Source of the DNA: Sphagnum compactum
Taxonomy: Eukaryota
Reading direction: 5' to 3'
DNA length: 64,000 nt
Assembly (NCBI GenBank): GCA_965153455.1
Contig: OZ234493.1
Span: 4,960,001 to 5,024,000, forward strand
The notes under the pieces were generated by a model. That model worked only from the letters and a program-made list of their open reading frames with translations, was not told where the DNA came from and did no database searches. This document shows positions 1 through 11,366 of the stretch, in pieces (positions within the stretch are counted from its first letter, which is position 1; each line of letters starts with the position of its first letter). The translations under genes and the position numbers were made by a program.

Positions 1-2
1 AA

Positions 3-1364
3 CGCTACAAGGCTAGATTAGTAGCAAGAGGTTTTACTCAAACCTACGGAGTGGATTACAACGAAACTTTTGCGCCGGTCGCAAAATTTGCATCTATTCG
101 TTGTATTCTTGCATTGGCGGCCTTGAAAGACATGGAGATCCATCAAATGGACGTGAAAACCGCATTTCTCAATGGCGAGCTTGAAGAGGAGATTTACATG
201 GAGCAACCTCAAGGGTTCGTGCACCAAGGAGGTGAACATCTCGTGTGTAAGCTTCACAAGTCCTTGTATGGTTTGAAACAATCTCCGAGGGCATGGAATC
301 AAAAGTTAGATGCGTTTCTCAAAAGCATTGAATTTATCAAGAGTGAGGCGGATCCTAGTGTGTACGTTGCACAAGTGGGAGATGTGAAGTTTTTCATTGT
401 GGTCTATGTGGACGACCTCATTTTGGTGTGTAACGATCAAAACAAACTTTTGCAAATCAAAGAGGAATTGAGTCAAAAGTTTGAAATGAAGGACCTTGGG
501 GAGTTGCATTTCTTTTTGGGGATGGAGGTGGAAAGGAATCGTGATGAAAGACTCCTACGCATCAACCAAATCAAATACCTCAAGGAAATATTGAAGCGGT
601 TTCGAATGGAAGAATGTAAGCCCATTGGAGTTCCATTGGATCCCAAGGTGAAGTTACAAAGGAATGTGAATGGAAATGATGAATCAAAGGGATTTCCATA
701 TCAACAAGCGGTTGGGTCTTTGATGTATGCCATGTTGTGCACACGACCCGATTTGGCATACCCAATAAGCGTGTTGAGTCAACACATGGCGAACCCTAAC
801 ATGGAGCATTGGATGGCCGTCAAACGAATCTTTCGATATTTGCAAGGTACATTGCAAATGAAATTACAATTTGGTGGAACACCATCCAAGGAAGTTCTTG
901 GATATTGTGATGCGGATTGGGGTGGTGATCTTGAAGATAGGAGGTCCACCACAGGGTTTGTTTTCATGATTGGAGGTGGAGCGATTTCTTGGAGTAGCAA
1001 ACGACAACCCACAATAGCATTGTCCACCACGGAGGCGGAATACATGGCGAACACGCAAGCCACAAAAGAAGCCGTATGGATAACAAAATTGATGATGGAT
1101 TTGGGATACATGGAGGAGAAGAAAATGATGGTGATTCGATGCGACAATCAAGGTGCGATATCATTGACCAAGAATCCCACTCACCATGCACGAACAAAAC
1201 ACATTGATGTACAACATCATTTTGTTCGAGAACGAGTTGAAAATGGAGAAGTAGGATTTGAATATTGTCCAACGGAACACATGGTGGCGGATGTCCTTAC
1301 TAAGGCATTATCTAAAGAACGACATCATAAGTTGATAAACATGTTCGGATTAGAAACTTCATAG
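3..1364 (+). CDS. Copia Pol, reverse transcriptase + RNase H (5'-partial, uninterrupted in window)
   Basis: ORF track 51..1364; the frame is open from position 3 ([11 protein letters not shown]...FGLETS*). Confidence 0.93.
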   Translation, partial: RYKARLVARGFTQTYGVDYNETFAPVAKFASIRCILALAALKDMEIHQMDVKTAFLNGELEEEIYMEQPQGFVHQGGEHLVCKLHKSLYGLKQSPRAWNQKLDAFLKSIEFIKSEADPSVYVAQVGDVKFFIVVYVDDLILVCNDQNKLLQIKEELSQKFEMKDLGELHFFLGMEVERNRDERLLRINQIKYLKEILKRFRMEECKPIGVPLDPKVKLQRNVNGNDESKGFPYQQAVGSLMYAMLCTRPDLAYPISVLSQHMANPNMEHWMAVKRIFRYLQGTLQMKLQFGGTPSKEVLGYCDADWGGDLEDRRSTTGFVFMIGGGAISWSSKRQPTIALSTTEAEYMANTQATKEAVWITKLMMDLGYMEEKKMMVIRCDNQGAISLTKNPTHHARTKHIDVQHHFVRERVENGEVGFEYCPTEHMVADVLTKALSKERHHKLINMFGLETS

Positions 1365-1372
1365 AGTGGGAG

Positions 1373-1839
1373 TGTTAGAAATACTATTCGTTTCTAATTC
1401 CCAATGTTGATGAATGTGTTAAACATTCATCAAAAGGATGAATAGTATACACATCCTTGTAGTTGTTAGGTTAGGGTTTAGAAATGGAGACTACTTAGGG
1501 TTTGGCGGCGGCTAGGTTTAGGGTTTGGTGGCGGCTAGGGTTAGGCGGCGGCTAGGGTTAGGGTTTGGTGGCGGCTAGGTTAGGGTTAAGTGGCGGCTAC
1601 TTTAGGGTTAGGAGATATTATATAATGGAGTGGTTTTGAGTTGTCATTCATTCCTTCCTTTCATGGTTGTTGAGTGCACATAGAACCTTCAAGCTTTGTT
1701 AGTTGTTGCAAGCCATAGTTTTATGATTGTAGCATTTGAAGCATACAACCTTTGTAATCTTCTTCTAGTTAATACAATTGTTCCATTTCATGAACCTTGA
1801 GTGTTGCATTTCTTGCTTGTATTCAAGTTGTTTCCAATA
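1373..1839 (+). repeat. Family A LTR (3' LTR, 467 bp) with telomere-like/GCC-box array at about 1465-1612 and TATA-like TATATAA at 1619-1625
   Basis: Directly follows the PPT; the same sequence recurs many times in the window. Confidence 0.96.
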
Positions 1840-3223
1840 GATCATGCGAGAAACGATTGGATCATCGATTCGGGCGCAACGCAACACATGACGTTCGAAC
1901 GAGAGTGGTTCACCACTTACGAATCCATTGTTGCACGAAAGGTGTACATGGGAGATGACACCATTTTGGAGGCCATTGGCAAAGGGAGCATCAAGGCCAC
2001 AATGCAAGTTGGAGGTAAAATGTTGCATAGAACCATCACACTGTTAGAAATACTATTCGTTTCTAATTCCCAATGTTGATGAATGTGTTAAACATTCATC
2101 AAAAGGATGAATAGTATACACATCCTTGTAGTTGTTAGGTTAGGGTTTAGAAATGGAGACTACTTAGGGTTTGGCGGCGGCTAGGGTTAGGGTTAGGCGG
2201 CGGCTAGGTTTAGGGTTTGGTGGCGGCTAGGGTTAGGCGGCGGCTAGGGTTAGGGTTTGGTGGCGGCTAGGTTAGGGTGAAGTGGCGGCTACTTTAGGGT
2301 TAGGAGATATTATATAATGGAGTGGTTTTGAGTTGTCTTTCATTCTTTCCTTTCATGGTTGTTGAGTGCACATAGAACCTTCAAGCTTTGTTAGTTGTTG
2401 CAAGCCATAGTTTTATAATTGTAGCATTTGAAGCATACAACCTTTGTAATCTTCTTTTAGTTAATACAATTGTTCCATTTCATGAACCTTGAGTGTTGCA
2501 TTTCTTGCTTGTTTTCAAGTTGTTTCCAATAGATCATGCGAGAAACGATTGGATCATCGATTCGGGCGCAACGCAACACATGACGTTCGAACGAGAGTGG
2601 TTCACCACTTACGAATCCATTGTTGCACGAAAGGTGTACATGGGAGATGACACCATTTTGGAGGCCATTGGCAAAGGGAGCATCAAGGCCACAATGCAAG
2701 TTGGAGGTAAAATGTTGCCTAGAACCATCACACTGTTAGAAATACTATTCGTTTCTAATTCCCAATGTTGATGAATGTGTTAAACATTCATCAAAAGGAT
2801 GAATAGTATACACATCCTTGTAGTTGTTAGGTTAGGGTTTAGAAATGGAGACTACTTAGGGTTTGGCGGCGGCTAGGGTTAGGGTTAGGCGGCGGCTAGG
2901 TTTAGGGTTTGGTGGCGGCTAGGGTTAGGCGGCGGCTAGGGTTAGGGTTTGGTGGCGGCTAGGTTAGGGTGAAGTGGCGGCTACTTTAGGGTTAGGAGAT
3001 ATTATATAATGGAGTGGTTTTGAGTTGTCTTTCATTCTTTCCTTTCATGGTTGTTGAGTGCACATAGAACCTTCAAGCTTTGTTAGTTGTTGCAAGCCAT
3101 AGTTTTATGATTGTAGCATTTGAAGCATACAACCTTTGTAATCTTCTTTTAGTTAATACAATTGTTCCATTTCATGAACCTTGAGTGTTGCATTTCTTGC
3201 TTGTTTTCAAGTTGTTTCCAATA
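1840..3223 (+). repeat. Tandem duplication of a 692-bp unit (202-bp family B protease fragment + 490-bp family A LTR): 1840-2531 and 2532-3223
   Basis: Both units start GATCATGCGAGAAAC (DHARNDWIIDSGATQHMT), end CCAATA and are near-identical; LTRs at 2042-2531 and 2734-3223. Confidence 0.95.
2734..3223 (+). mobile_element. Family A solo LTR inserted in family B pol, 5-bp TSD CACAC
   Basis: ACCAT-CACAC|TGTTAG...CCAATA|CACAC-AAGTT; removing it restores the TITQVLHVPK frame. Confidence 0.95.
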
Positions 3224-6200
3224 CACACAAGTTCTTCATGTTCCGAAAATGAAGAATAGTCTCATTTCCGTTAGCAAACTCATTTCGGAGGGCTTGAAAG
3301 TGGAGTTTGACAAGGATGGTTGTAAGGTCAACAATGTCCATGGAACCGTTGTGGCGCAGGCACGAAGGGAGAAGAACTTGTATCTTCCCAACGTCAATGT
3401 TCGAAAGGAGAGTGCGAATGTGGCAAAGTCTTCGAATGAAGGAGCTACGCTTTGGCACCAAAGACTCGGCCACCTCAACATGGCGACTCTTAAGAAGTTG
3501 GAGAATATGGTCAATGGCATGAATTTGAAAGAAGTGCCATTGCACCATGTGTGTGAAGCTTGCATTGAAGGCAAACATCAAAGGACACCTTTTCATAAAG
3601 ATGAAGCAAGTAGGGCTTCCAAGCTTTTGGAAATAGTGCATAGTGATGTGTGCGGACCGATGAAGACCACATCTCATGGTGGAGCACGATACTTTGTCAC
3701 CTTCATGGACGACTTTTCGAGAAAAACTCATGTTTACCTTTTGAAAGCGAAAGGAGAAGTGTTCGACAAATTCAAGGCGTACAAGGCCTTAGTGGAGAAT
3801 CAAACCGACATGAAGATCAAAACCTTGCGTTCCGACAACGGAGGAGAATTTGTGTCCAAAAAGTTTGATGACTTTTTGCATGAATGCGGAATCGAACGTC
3901 AAACAAGTGCACCTTACACACCACAACAAAATGGAGTTGCGGAACGAGCCAATAGGACCATCATGGAATGCGCTAGAAGCATGATTCGTGCACAAGGACT
4001 TGACTTGGAGTTTTGGGCGGAGGCGGTGAACACGGCGGTTTACATCAAGAATCGATGCCCAACTAAAGCTCTTGATTCAAAGACCCCACAAGAAGTGTGG
4101 ACCGGTATAAAGCCGGATGTATCTCATTTGAGAGTTTTTGGTTGCAAAACATTTGCACACATTCCAGATGAAAAGAGAAGCAAATTAGAGTCCAAATCCA
4201 TACCTTGTGTGTTTCTAGGGTATTGTGAAGGGACCAAAGCATTCGCTTAATGTGTCTAGAAACCAAGAAGATCATTAAGAGTCGAGATGTTGTGTTCCTT
4301 GAAGGGACGGAAGAAGTAGAAGGTGTTTGTGATAAGAGACCCCTTTCAAACCAAATAGAACACCTTGTTGTGGATGAAGTCGATGAACTTGTGAAGGATG
4401 TTAATCCTATATCTTTGAAGGCAAGACCAACGGAAGACGTGGAAGGTGATGAATCTACAACAAACTCTTCTTCGGAAGAAGAATTTGCTTCATCACAAGA
4501 TGAGGGTTTGAATGAATCACAACAAGATGGACGAAGAGAAAGGCCCCAAAGACAACGTAAGGAGTGGCCTCGTGATTGGTGGGTGGCCACCAAAGAGGTG
4601 GAACGAGCCACCATGGCATTTTCGGAAGAACCCCAAACCGTGGAAGAGGCGTTGAATGGCGAAGATGCAAAGAAATGGGAGATTGCCATGCAAGAAGAAT
4701 ACGAGTCTCTTCTTGTCAACAACACTTGGTCCTTGGTGCCACTCCCCGATGGTAGAAAACCCATTTCTCGCAAATGGGTGTTCAAAATCAAACATGGGGT
4801 CAATGGTGAAGTCGAACGGTACAAGGCGAGACTTGTGGCAAGAGGTTTCACCCAAACATTTGGAGTCGATTACAATGAAACTTTTGCACCCGTTGCAAAG
4901 TTTGTGTCAATTCGTTGTATCCTTGCACTAGCGGCCATTGAAGACATGGAGATTCATCAAATGGACGTCAAAACCGCATTTCTCAATGGTGACCTTGAAG
5001 AGGAAATCTACATGGAGCAACCCGAAGGATTCACACGTGAAGGTCTTACATCTTGTGTGTAAGCTTCACAAGTCATTGTATGGCTTGAAACAATCTCCAA
5101 GGGCTTGGAACCAAAAACTAGACGCTTTCTTGAAAAGCATCGAGTTTACGAGAAGTGATGCGGACTTTAGTGTCTATGTTGCGCAAGTGGAGGATGTGAA
5201 ATTTTTCATTGTCGTCTACGTGGATGATCTCATCTTGGTGTGCAATGATAAGGATAAGCTTTTGCAAGTGAAGGAAGAACTTTCTTGAAAGTTTGAAATG
5301 AAGGATCTTGGTGATTTGCATTTTTTCCTTGGCATGGAAGTGGAAAGAGATCGTGCACAACGTCTTTTTTACATCAACCAAATTGGGTATCTCAAGGAGA
5401 TTCTCAAACGCTTTCGCATGGAGGATTGCAAAGCCATCGGAGTGCCACTTGATCCCAAGACGAAGTTGAAGAAGAATATGAACAAGGATGATCAAATGGT
5501 GAAGGTTCCTTATCAACAAGCTGTGGGATCCTTGATGTATGCCATGTTGTGTACTCGACCCGATTTGGCATACCCAATAAGCGTAGTAAGTCAACACATG
5601 GCCAATTCAAGCCTAGAACATTGGATTGCGGTGAAGCGCATTTTTCGATACTTGCAAGGCACATTGCAATTCAAATTACGCTTCGGAGGATTATCACCTA
5701 AAAATGTGGTCGGATATTGTGATGCGGATTGGGCCGGTGACCTTGAGGATAGTGTTAGAAGTACTATTCGTTTCTAATTCCCAACGTTGATGAATGTGTT
5801 CGAAGTACTATTCGTTTCTAATGTTGATGAATGTGTTAAACATTCATCAAAAGGATGAATAGTATTCACATCCTTATAGTAGTTAGGTTAGGTTGAATAG
5901 TGGTGGCTAGGGTTAAGGTTTGGTGGCGGCTAGGGTTAGGGTATTGGTGGCGGCTAGGGTTAGGCGACGGCTAGGGTTAAGGTTTGGTGGCGGCTAGGGT
6001 TAGGGTTAAGTGGCGGCTACTTTAGGGTTAGGAGATAGTATAAATTGGAGTGGTTTTGAGTGGTCTTTCATTCCTTCCTTTCATGGTTTCTTGAGTGCAC
6101 ATAGAACCTTCACGCTTTGTTAGTTGTTGCAAGCCATAGTTTTGTGATTGCATCATTTGAAAGCATACAACCTTTGTATTGTTCTTGTTAGTTAATACAA

Positions 6201-6262
6201 TTGTTTCATTTCATGAACCTTGAGTGGTCCATTTCTTGCTTGTTTACAAGTTGTTTCCAATA

Positions 6263-6276
6263 GGTTATGGGCCCAC
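6263..6276 (+). other. Primer binding site GGTTATGGGCCCAC, complementary to the anticodon region of tRNA-iMet (half-tRNA priming); also 24714-24727 (-), 37337-37350 (+) and a variant at 35367-35380 (-)
   Basis: Abuts the LTR end with no spacer; complementary to GTGGGCCCATAACC of plant initiator tRNA; same type of PBS as Drosophila copia. Confidence 0.9.
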
Positions 6277-6892
6277 ACCAAGCAAGAGAAAAAACATTGT
6301 GTTAGGACAAGGAATAGTGAAAGGTTTTGAGTTTCTATTGCATAGAAAAAGGGAGAGAATTTTTTTGAGAGACGGATTTTTTGTTTCCAAAGTAAGTGGG
6401 AGTTCATTTCCAAGTGGTGGCATAGAAGGAGCTTACAACTTTTTCAAGTGAGTGGGAGGCGTGGAAGAGACTTCTTCAAGGTGTTGTAAGTTCTCAAGCG
6501 TGGAAGAGTGTTCTTCAAGTTTTTTAAGTTTCAACTTTCAAGTTCAAAGTGTGTGAAAGAGAGTTCTTTAAAGTGTCCTAGGAGTGTGGAAGAGAGTTCT
6601 TTAAAGTGTCCTAGGAGTGTGGAAGAGAGTTCTTCGAGTTGTTGGAAGTTTCAACCTTAAGGTTTGAGAAAGTGTGGAAAAGAGTTCTTCGTGTTGTTGA
6701 AGAATTTCAACATTCAAGTGTTTAAGGGTTTCTTGTAAAGGTTTTGCTTTATGACATATAGGAATTGAGTGAGAGAGATTTCAAGTGAGGTATTCAAACA
6801 TTAGAAAGTTTTTCATCTTGAAATTTTCCCACTTCCCATTCCTTTGAATAGAAAAAACATAGAGTGTTTGTTTAGCGTTTGTGAAACCCCAA

Positions 6893-9800
6893 ATGTCATC
6901 CTTCCAAATGGAGTCTTCGAAAGTCATGGAGAAGTTTGATGGTGGCAACTTTCACCTTTGGAAGTTCAAAATGCGCATGATGCTTTCCAAACATGGGCTT
7001 TGGAAATTTGTTGATGGGAGTGCCATCTTGCCAAGTGAAGAAGTTGGAACCTCCGATTACAATGAGAAAGAAATGAAGGCTTTTGCATTGCTTTGTGAAC
7101 ATCTCACGGATGCCCAACTTGCACACATTCAATATTGTGACAATGTGAGTAGTGCATGGGAGGCTCTTTGCGGTGTGCATGAAGCCAAGACAATCGGCAA
7201 CAAATTGTTCCTTCGAAAGAGATTCTTCACCATCAAAATGCAAGAAGGGGATGACATGCTTGTGCACATCAACACGGTGAAAGCCCTTGCGGACCAACTA
7301 CGTTCCATCGAGGTGAACATTACGGATGAAGATGTTTACATGGTACTTCTCATGAGCCTTCCTCCTTCCTTTGATAACTTAGTCACAAGCTTGGAATCCA
7401 TGTCCACGAAAGATGTAGACCTTCAATTCATTGTAGCAAGGTTGCTTCACGAAGTGTCCAAAAGAAAAGAATGTGAGAATTCTGAGACTACCGCATTAGT
7501 GAACAAAACCCACAAGTCAAACGAGAAGCTTTGTTTCTATTGTAAGAAACCCGGACATTTTGTGAGAAATTGTTTGAAGAAGAAAAATGATGAAAAAGAA
7601 AAGGCCAATCAAGCTTGTGAAGATCATGAGCAAATGTTTGTTGCGGCATTGAGTGCCAATGATCATACCACGTATGATTGGATTGTGGATTCGGGTGCAA
7701 CGCAACACATGACATTCGAACAAGAATGGTTTACCACGTACGAGCACATTTCCCTAAGGAAGGTGTTCATGGGCGATGACACCGTTTTGGAGGCCGTCGG
7801 CAAGGGGAGCATCAAAGCCACAATGCAAGTGGGAGGCAAATTGTCCCACGCAACCATGACCCAAGTTCTTCATGTTCCAAAAATGAAGAATAGTCTCATT
7901 TCCGTGAGTAAGCTCATTTCCGAAGGTTTCAAAGTTGAGTTTGACAAGGATGGTTGTAAGGTGAATGATGCTCGAGGAGTTGTTGTGGCGGAAGCACGAA
8001 GGGACAAGAACTTGTACCTTCTAAATGTCAAGGTGCACAAGGACACGGCGCACATCGCAAATTCTTCGGAGGAAAGTGCCATGCTTTGGCATGAAAGACT
8101 TGGCCATCTCAACATGGCAAGCCTCAAGGAGTTGGATGCCATGGTGGACGGCATGAATTTGAAGGAAGTGCCCTTGCATCACATTTGTGAAGGATGCATC
8201 AAAGGCAAACATCAAAGAACATCATTTCCCAAGGATGGAGCAACAAGGGCCTCACAACTTTTGGAGATTGTGCACACCGATGTATGCGGGCCAATGAGGA
8301 CTACATCGCATGGTGGAGCGCGATACTTTCTCACTTTCATTGATGATTTGTCAAGGAGAACTCATGTCTATTTTTTGAAGGCCAAAGGAGAAGTGTTTGA
8401 GAAATTCAAACAATACAAGGCGTTGGTGGAGAACGAAATTGGTCACAAAATCAAAGTGCTACGATCGGACAATGGAGGAGAATTTGTGTCCAAGAAGTTT
8501 GACACATTTCTTGCGGAATGTGGAATTCAACGACAAACAAGTGCGCCCTATTCCCCACAACAAAATCGTGTTGCGGAACGTGCCAATAGAACCATCATGG
8601 AATGTGCGAGAAGCATGATTCTTGCACAAGGGTTAGGACTTGAATTTTGGGGCGAAGCGGTGAACACAGCGGTGTACATCAAAAATCGATGTCCAACCAA
8701 GGCTCTTGATTCCAAGACCCCTCAAGAAGCATGGAGTGGTAGGAAACCGGATGTGTCTCATTTGAGAGTCTTTGGTTGTAAAGCCTTTGCACATGTTCCC
8801 GACGAGAAGAGGACCAAATTAGAGTCCAAGTCCATCCCTTGTGTGTTTTTAGGATATCATGAAGGCACGAAAGCATATCGCTTGATGTGTGTAGAAACCA
8901 AGAAAATCCTGAAAAGTAGAGATGTTGTGTTCGTTGAGAGGTCAAAAGAAGTAGGCGGTGTGCTCCATCCCAAGAAAGTAGAAAATGTTGTTGTAGAAGT
9001 TGAAGGAGAAGAACCCTTGAGCTTTAGTGAGGATACACCGTTGAATGAAGAAACAAGGGAAGGTGTGCAAAGTGAGTCCACACCAAGTTCTTCATCGGAA
9101 GAAGAATTTGTTGTTTCAAATGACGATCCATCTCATGAGCCTTCACAACGTGTCTCAAGGGAAAGACCTCAGAGGCAACGAAGAGAATGGCCTCGAGATT
9201 GGTGGATTGCTACCAAGGAGGTGGAGCGTGCCACCATTGCATTTTTGGAGGAACCCCAAAATATTGAAGAAGCATTGACATGTGAAAGTTCCAAGGAGTG
9301 GGAGTGCGCCATGCAAGAAGAATATGATTCTCTCATGGCAAACAACACATGGACTTTGGTACCACTTCCCGTTGGAAGAAAACCCGTTTCTTGCAAATGG
9401 GTGTTCAAAATCAAACAAGGTGCCAACGGGGAGGTGGAACGCTACAAGGCCAGATTAGTGGCAAGAGGTTTTACCCAAACGTACGGAATAGATTACAACG
9501 AAACTTTTGCGCCCGTCGCAAAGTTTACATCTATTCGTTGTATTCTTGCATTGGCGGCATTGGAAGACATGGAGATCCATCAAATGGACGTGAAAACCGC
9601 ATTTTTGAACGGCTAGCTTGAAGAGGAGATTTACATGGAGCAACTTCAAGGGTTTGTGCACCAAGGAGGTGAACATCTTGTGTGTAAGCTTCACAAGTCC
9701 TTGTATGGTTTGAAACAATCTCCAAGGGCATGGAATCAAAAGTTAGATGCTTTTCTCAAAAGCATCGAATTTATGAAGAGTGATGCCGATCCTAGTGTGT

Positions 9801-10801
9801 ATGTTGCACAAGTGGGAGATGTCAAGTTTTTCATTGTGGTCTATGTGGACGACCTCATTTTGGTGTGCAACGATCAAAACAAACTTTTGCAAATCAAAGA
9901 GGAATTGAGTCAAAAGTTTGAAATGAAAGACCTCAGGGAGTTGCATTTCTTTTTGGGGATGGAAGTGGAAAGGAATCGTGATGAACGAATCTTACGCATC
10001 AATCAAATCAAATACCTCAAGGAAATATTGAAGCGTTTTGGAATGAAAGATTGTAAGCCCATTGGAGTTCCATTCGATCCCAAAGTGAAGCTACGAAGGA
10101 CCACGCATGGAAATGATGAATCGAAGGGATTTCCATATCAACAAGCGGTTGGGTCCTTGATGTATGCCATGTTGTGCACACGACCTGACTTGGCATTTCC
10201 AATAAGTGTGTTGAGTCAACACATGGCCAACCCTAGCATGGAGCATTGGATGGCTGTGAAACGAGTCTTTCCATATTTACAAGGTACATTGCAAATGAAG
10301 TTACGTTTCAATGCAATCCCATCTAAGGAAGTGCTTGGATATTGTGATGCGGATTGGGGTGGCGATCTCGAAGATAGGAGGTCCACCACAAGGTTTGTTT
10401 TCATGATCGGAGGTGGAGCCATATCTTGGAGTAGCAAACGACAACCTACAATAGCGTTGTCCACCACGGAGGCGGAGTACATGGCGAACACGCAAGCCAC
10501 AAAAGAAGCCATATGGATAACAAAATTGATGATGGATTTAGGACACCTAGAAGAGAAAAAGGTGATGGTGATTCGATGCGACACTCAAGGTGCGATATCA
10601 TTGACCAAGAATCCCACTCACCATGCACGAACAAAACACATTGACGTACAACATCATTTTGCTTGAGAACGAGTTGAAAATGAAGAAGTTTAATTTGAAT
10701 ATTGTCCAACGGAACACATGGTGGCGGATGTCCTTACCAAGGCATTATCCAAAGAACGACACCACAAATTGATAAACATGTTTGGATTAAAAACTTCATA
10801 G
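6893..10801 (+). pseudogene. Single-frame Gag-Pol (gag, CCHC knuckle, protease, integrase, RT, RNase H) with three in-frame stops
   Basis: ORFs 6881..9616 and 9635..10666 are in one frame; stops TAG 9614, TGA 10664, TAA 10691; natural stop 10799-10801. Confidence 0.95.
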
Positions 10802-11366
10802 AATGGGAGTGTTAGAAGTACTATTCGTTTCTAATTCCCAACGTTGATGAATGTGTTCGAAGTACTATTCCTTTCTAATGTTGATGAATGTGTTAAACAT
10901 TCATCAAAAGGATGAATAGTATTCACATCCTTATAGTAGTTAGGTTAGGTTGAATAGTGGTGGCTAGGGTTAAGGTTTGGTGGCGGCTAGCGTTAGGGTT
11001 TTGGTGGCGGCTGGGGTTAGGCGACGGCTAGGGTTAGGGTTTGGTGGCGGCTAGGGTTAGGGTTAAGTGGCGGCTACTTTAGGGTTAGGAGATAGTATAA
11101 ATTGGAGTGGTTTTGAGTGGTCTTTCATTCCTTCCTTTCATGGTTTTTGAATGCACATAGAACCTTCACGCTTTGTTAGTTGTTGCAAGCCATAGTTTTG
11201 TGATTGCATCATTTGAAAGCATACAACCTTTGTATTGTTCTTGTTGGTTAATACAATTGTTCCATTTCATGAACCTTGAGTGTTCCATTTCTTGCTTGTT
11301 TACAAGTTGTTTCCAATAGCAAAGAGAATAGTCTTATAAGTGAGTGAGAGGTGTGGAAGAGATTTC

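Larger units (their letters stand above)
1..1839 (+). mobile_element. Ty1/Copia retrotransposon, family A, 3' part (RT-RNaseH, PPT, 3' LTR); 5' part lies upstream of the window
   Basis: Open RT/RNaseH frame ([25 protein letters not shown]) stops at 1364; PPT AGTGGGAG 1365-1372; LTR TGTTAG...CCAATA 1373-1839. Confidence 0.97.
1840..5752 (+). pseudogene. Copia family B pol remnant (protease, integrase, RT, start of RNase H), interrupted by family A insertions
   Basis: DSGA protease; WH..LGH/C..C zinc motif; HSDVCGP, SDNG, AER integrase; RT motifs. Frameshifts at about 4245 and 5045, TGA at 5286; cut at 5752 by an A element. Clearly diverged from A. Confidence 0.93.
5753..11318 (+). mobile_element. 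Full-length Copia family A element (LTRs 5753-6262 and 10810-11318), no matching TSD
   Basis: Both LTRs share a private internal duplication and differ at about 10 sites by eye; PBS 6263-6276; PPT before 10810; flanks GATAG / GCAAA. Confidence 0.96.

Noticed and set aside
1465-1612. True telomere or chromosome-fusion scar
   Set aside because: The telomere-like motifs are short, interspersed with GGCGGC and always at the same position inside LTRs.
1801-2771. Two 92-aa ORFs as a duplicated small gene
   Set aside because: Chance LTR-protease-LTR read-through across insertion junctions.
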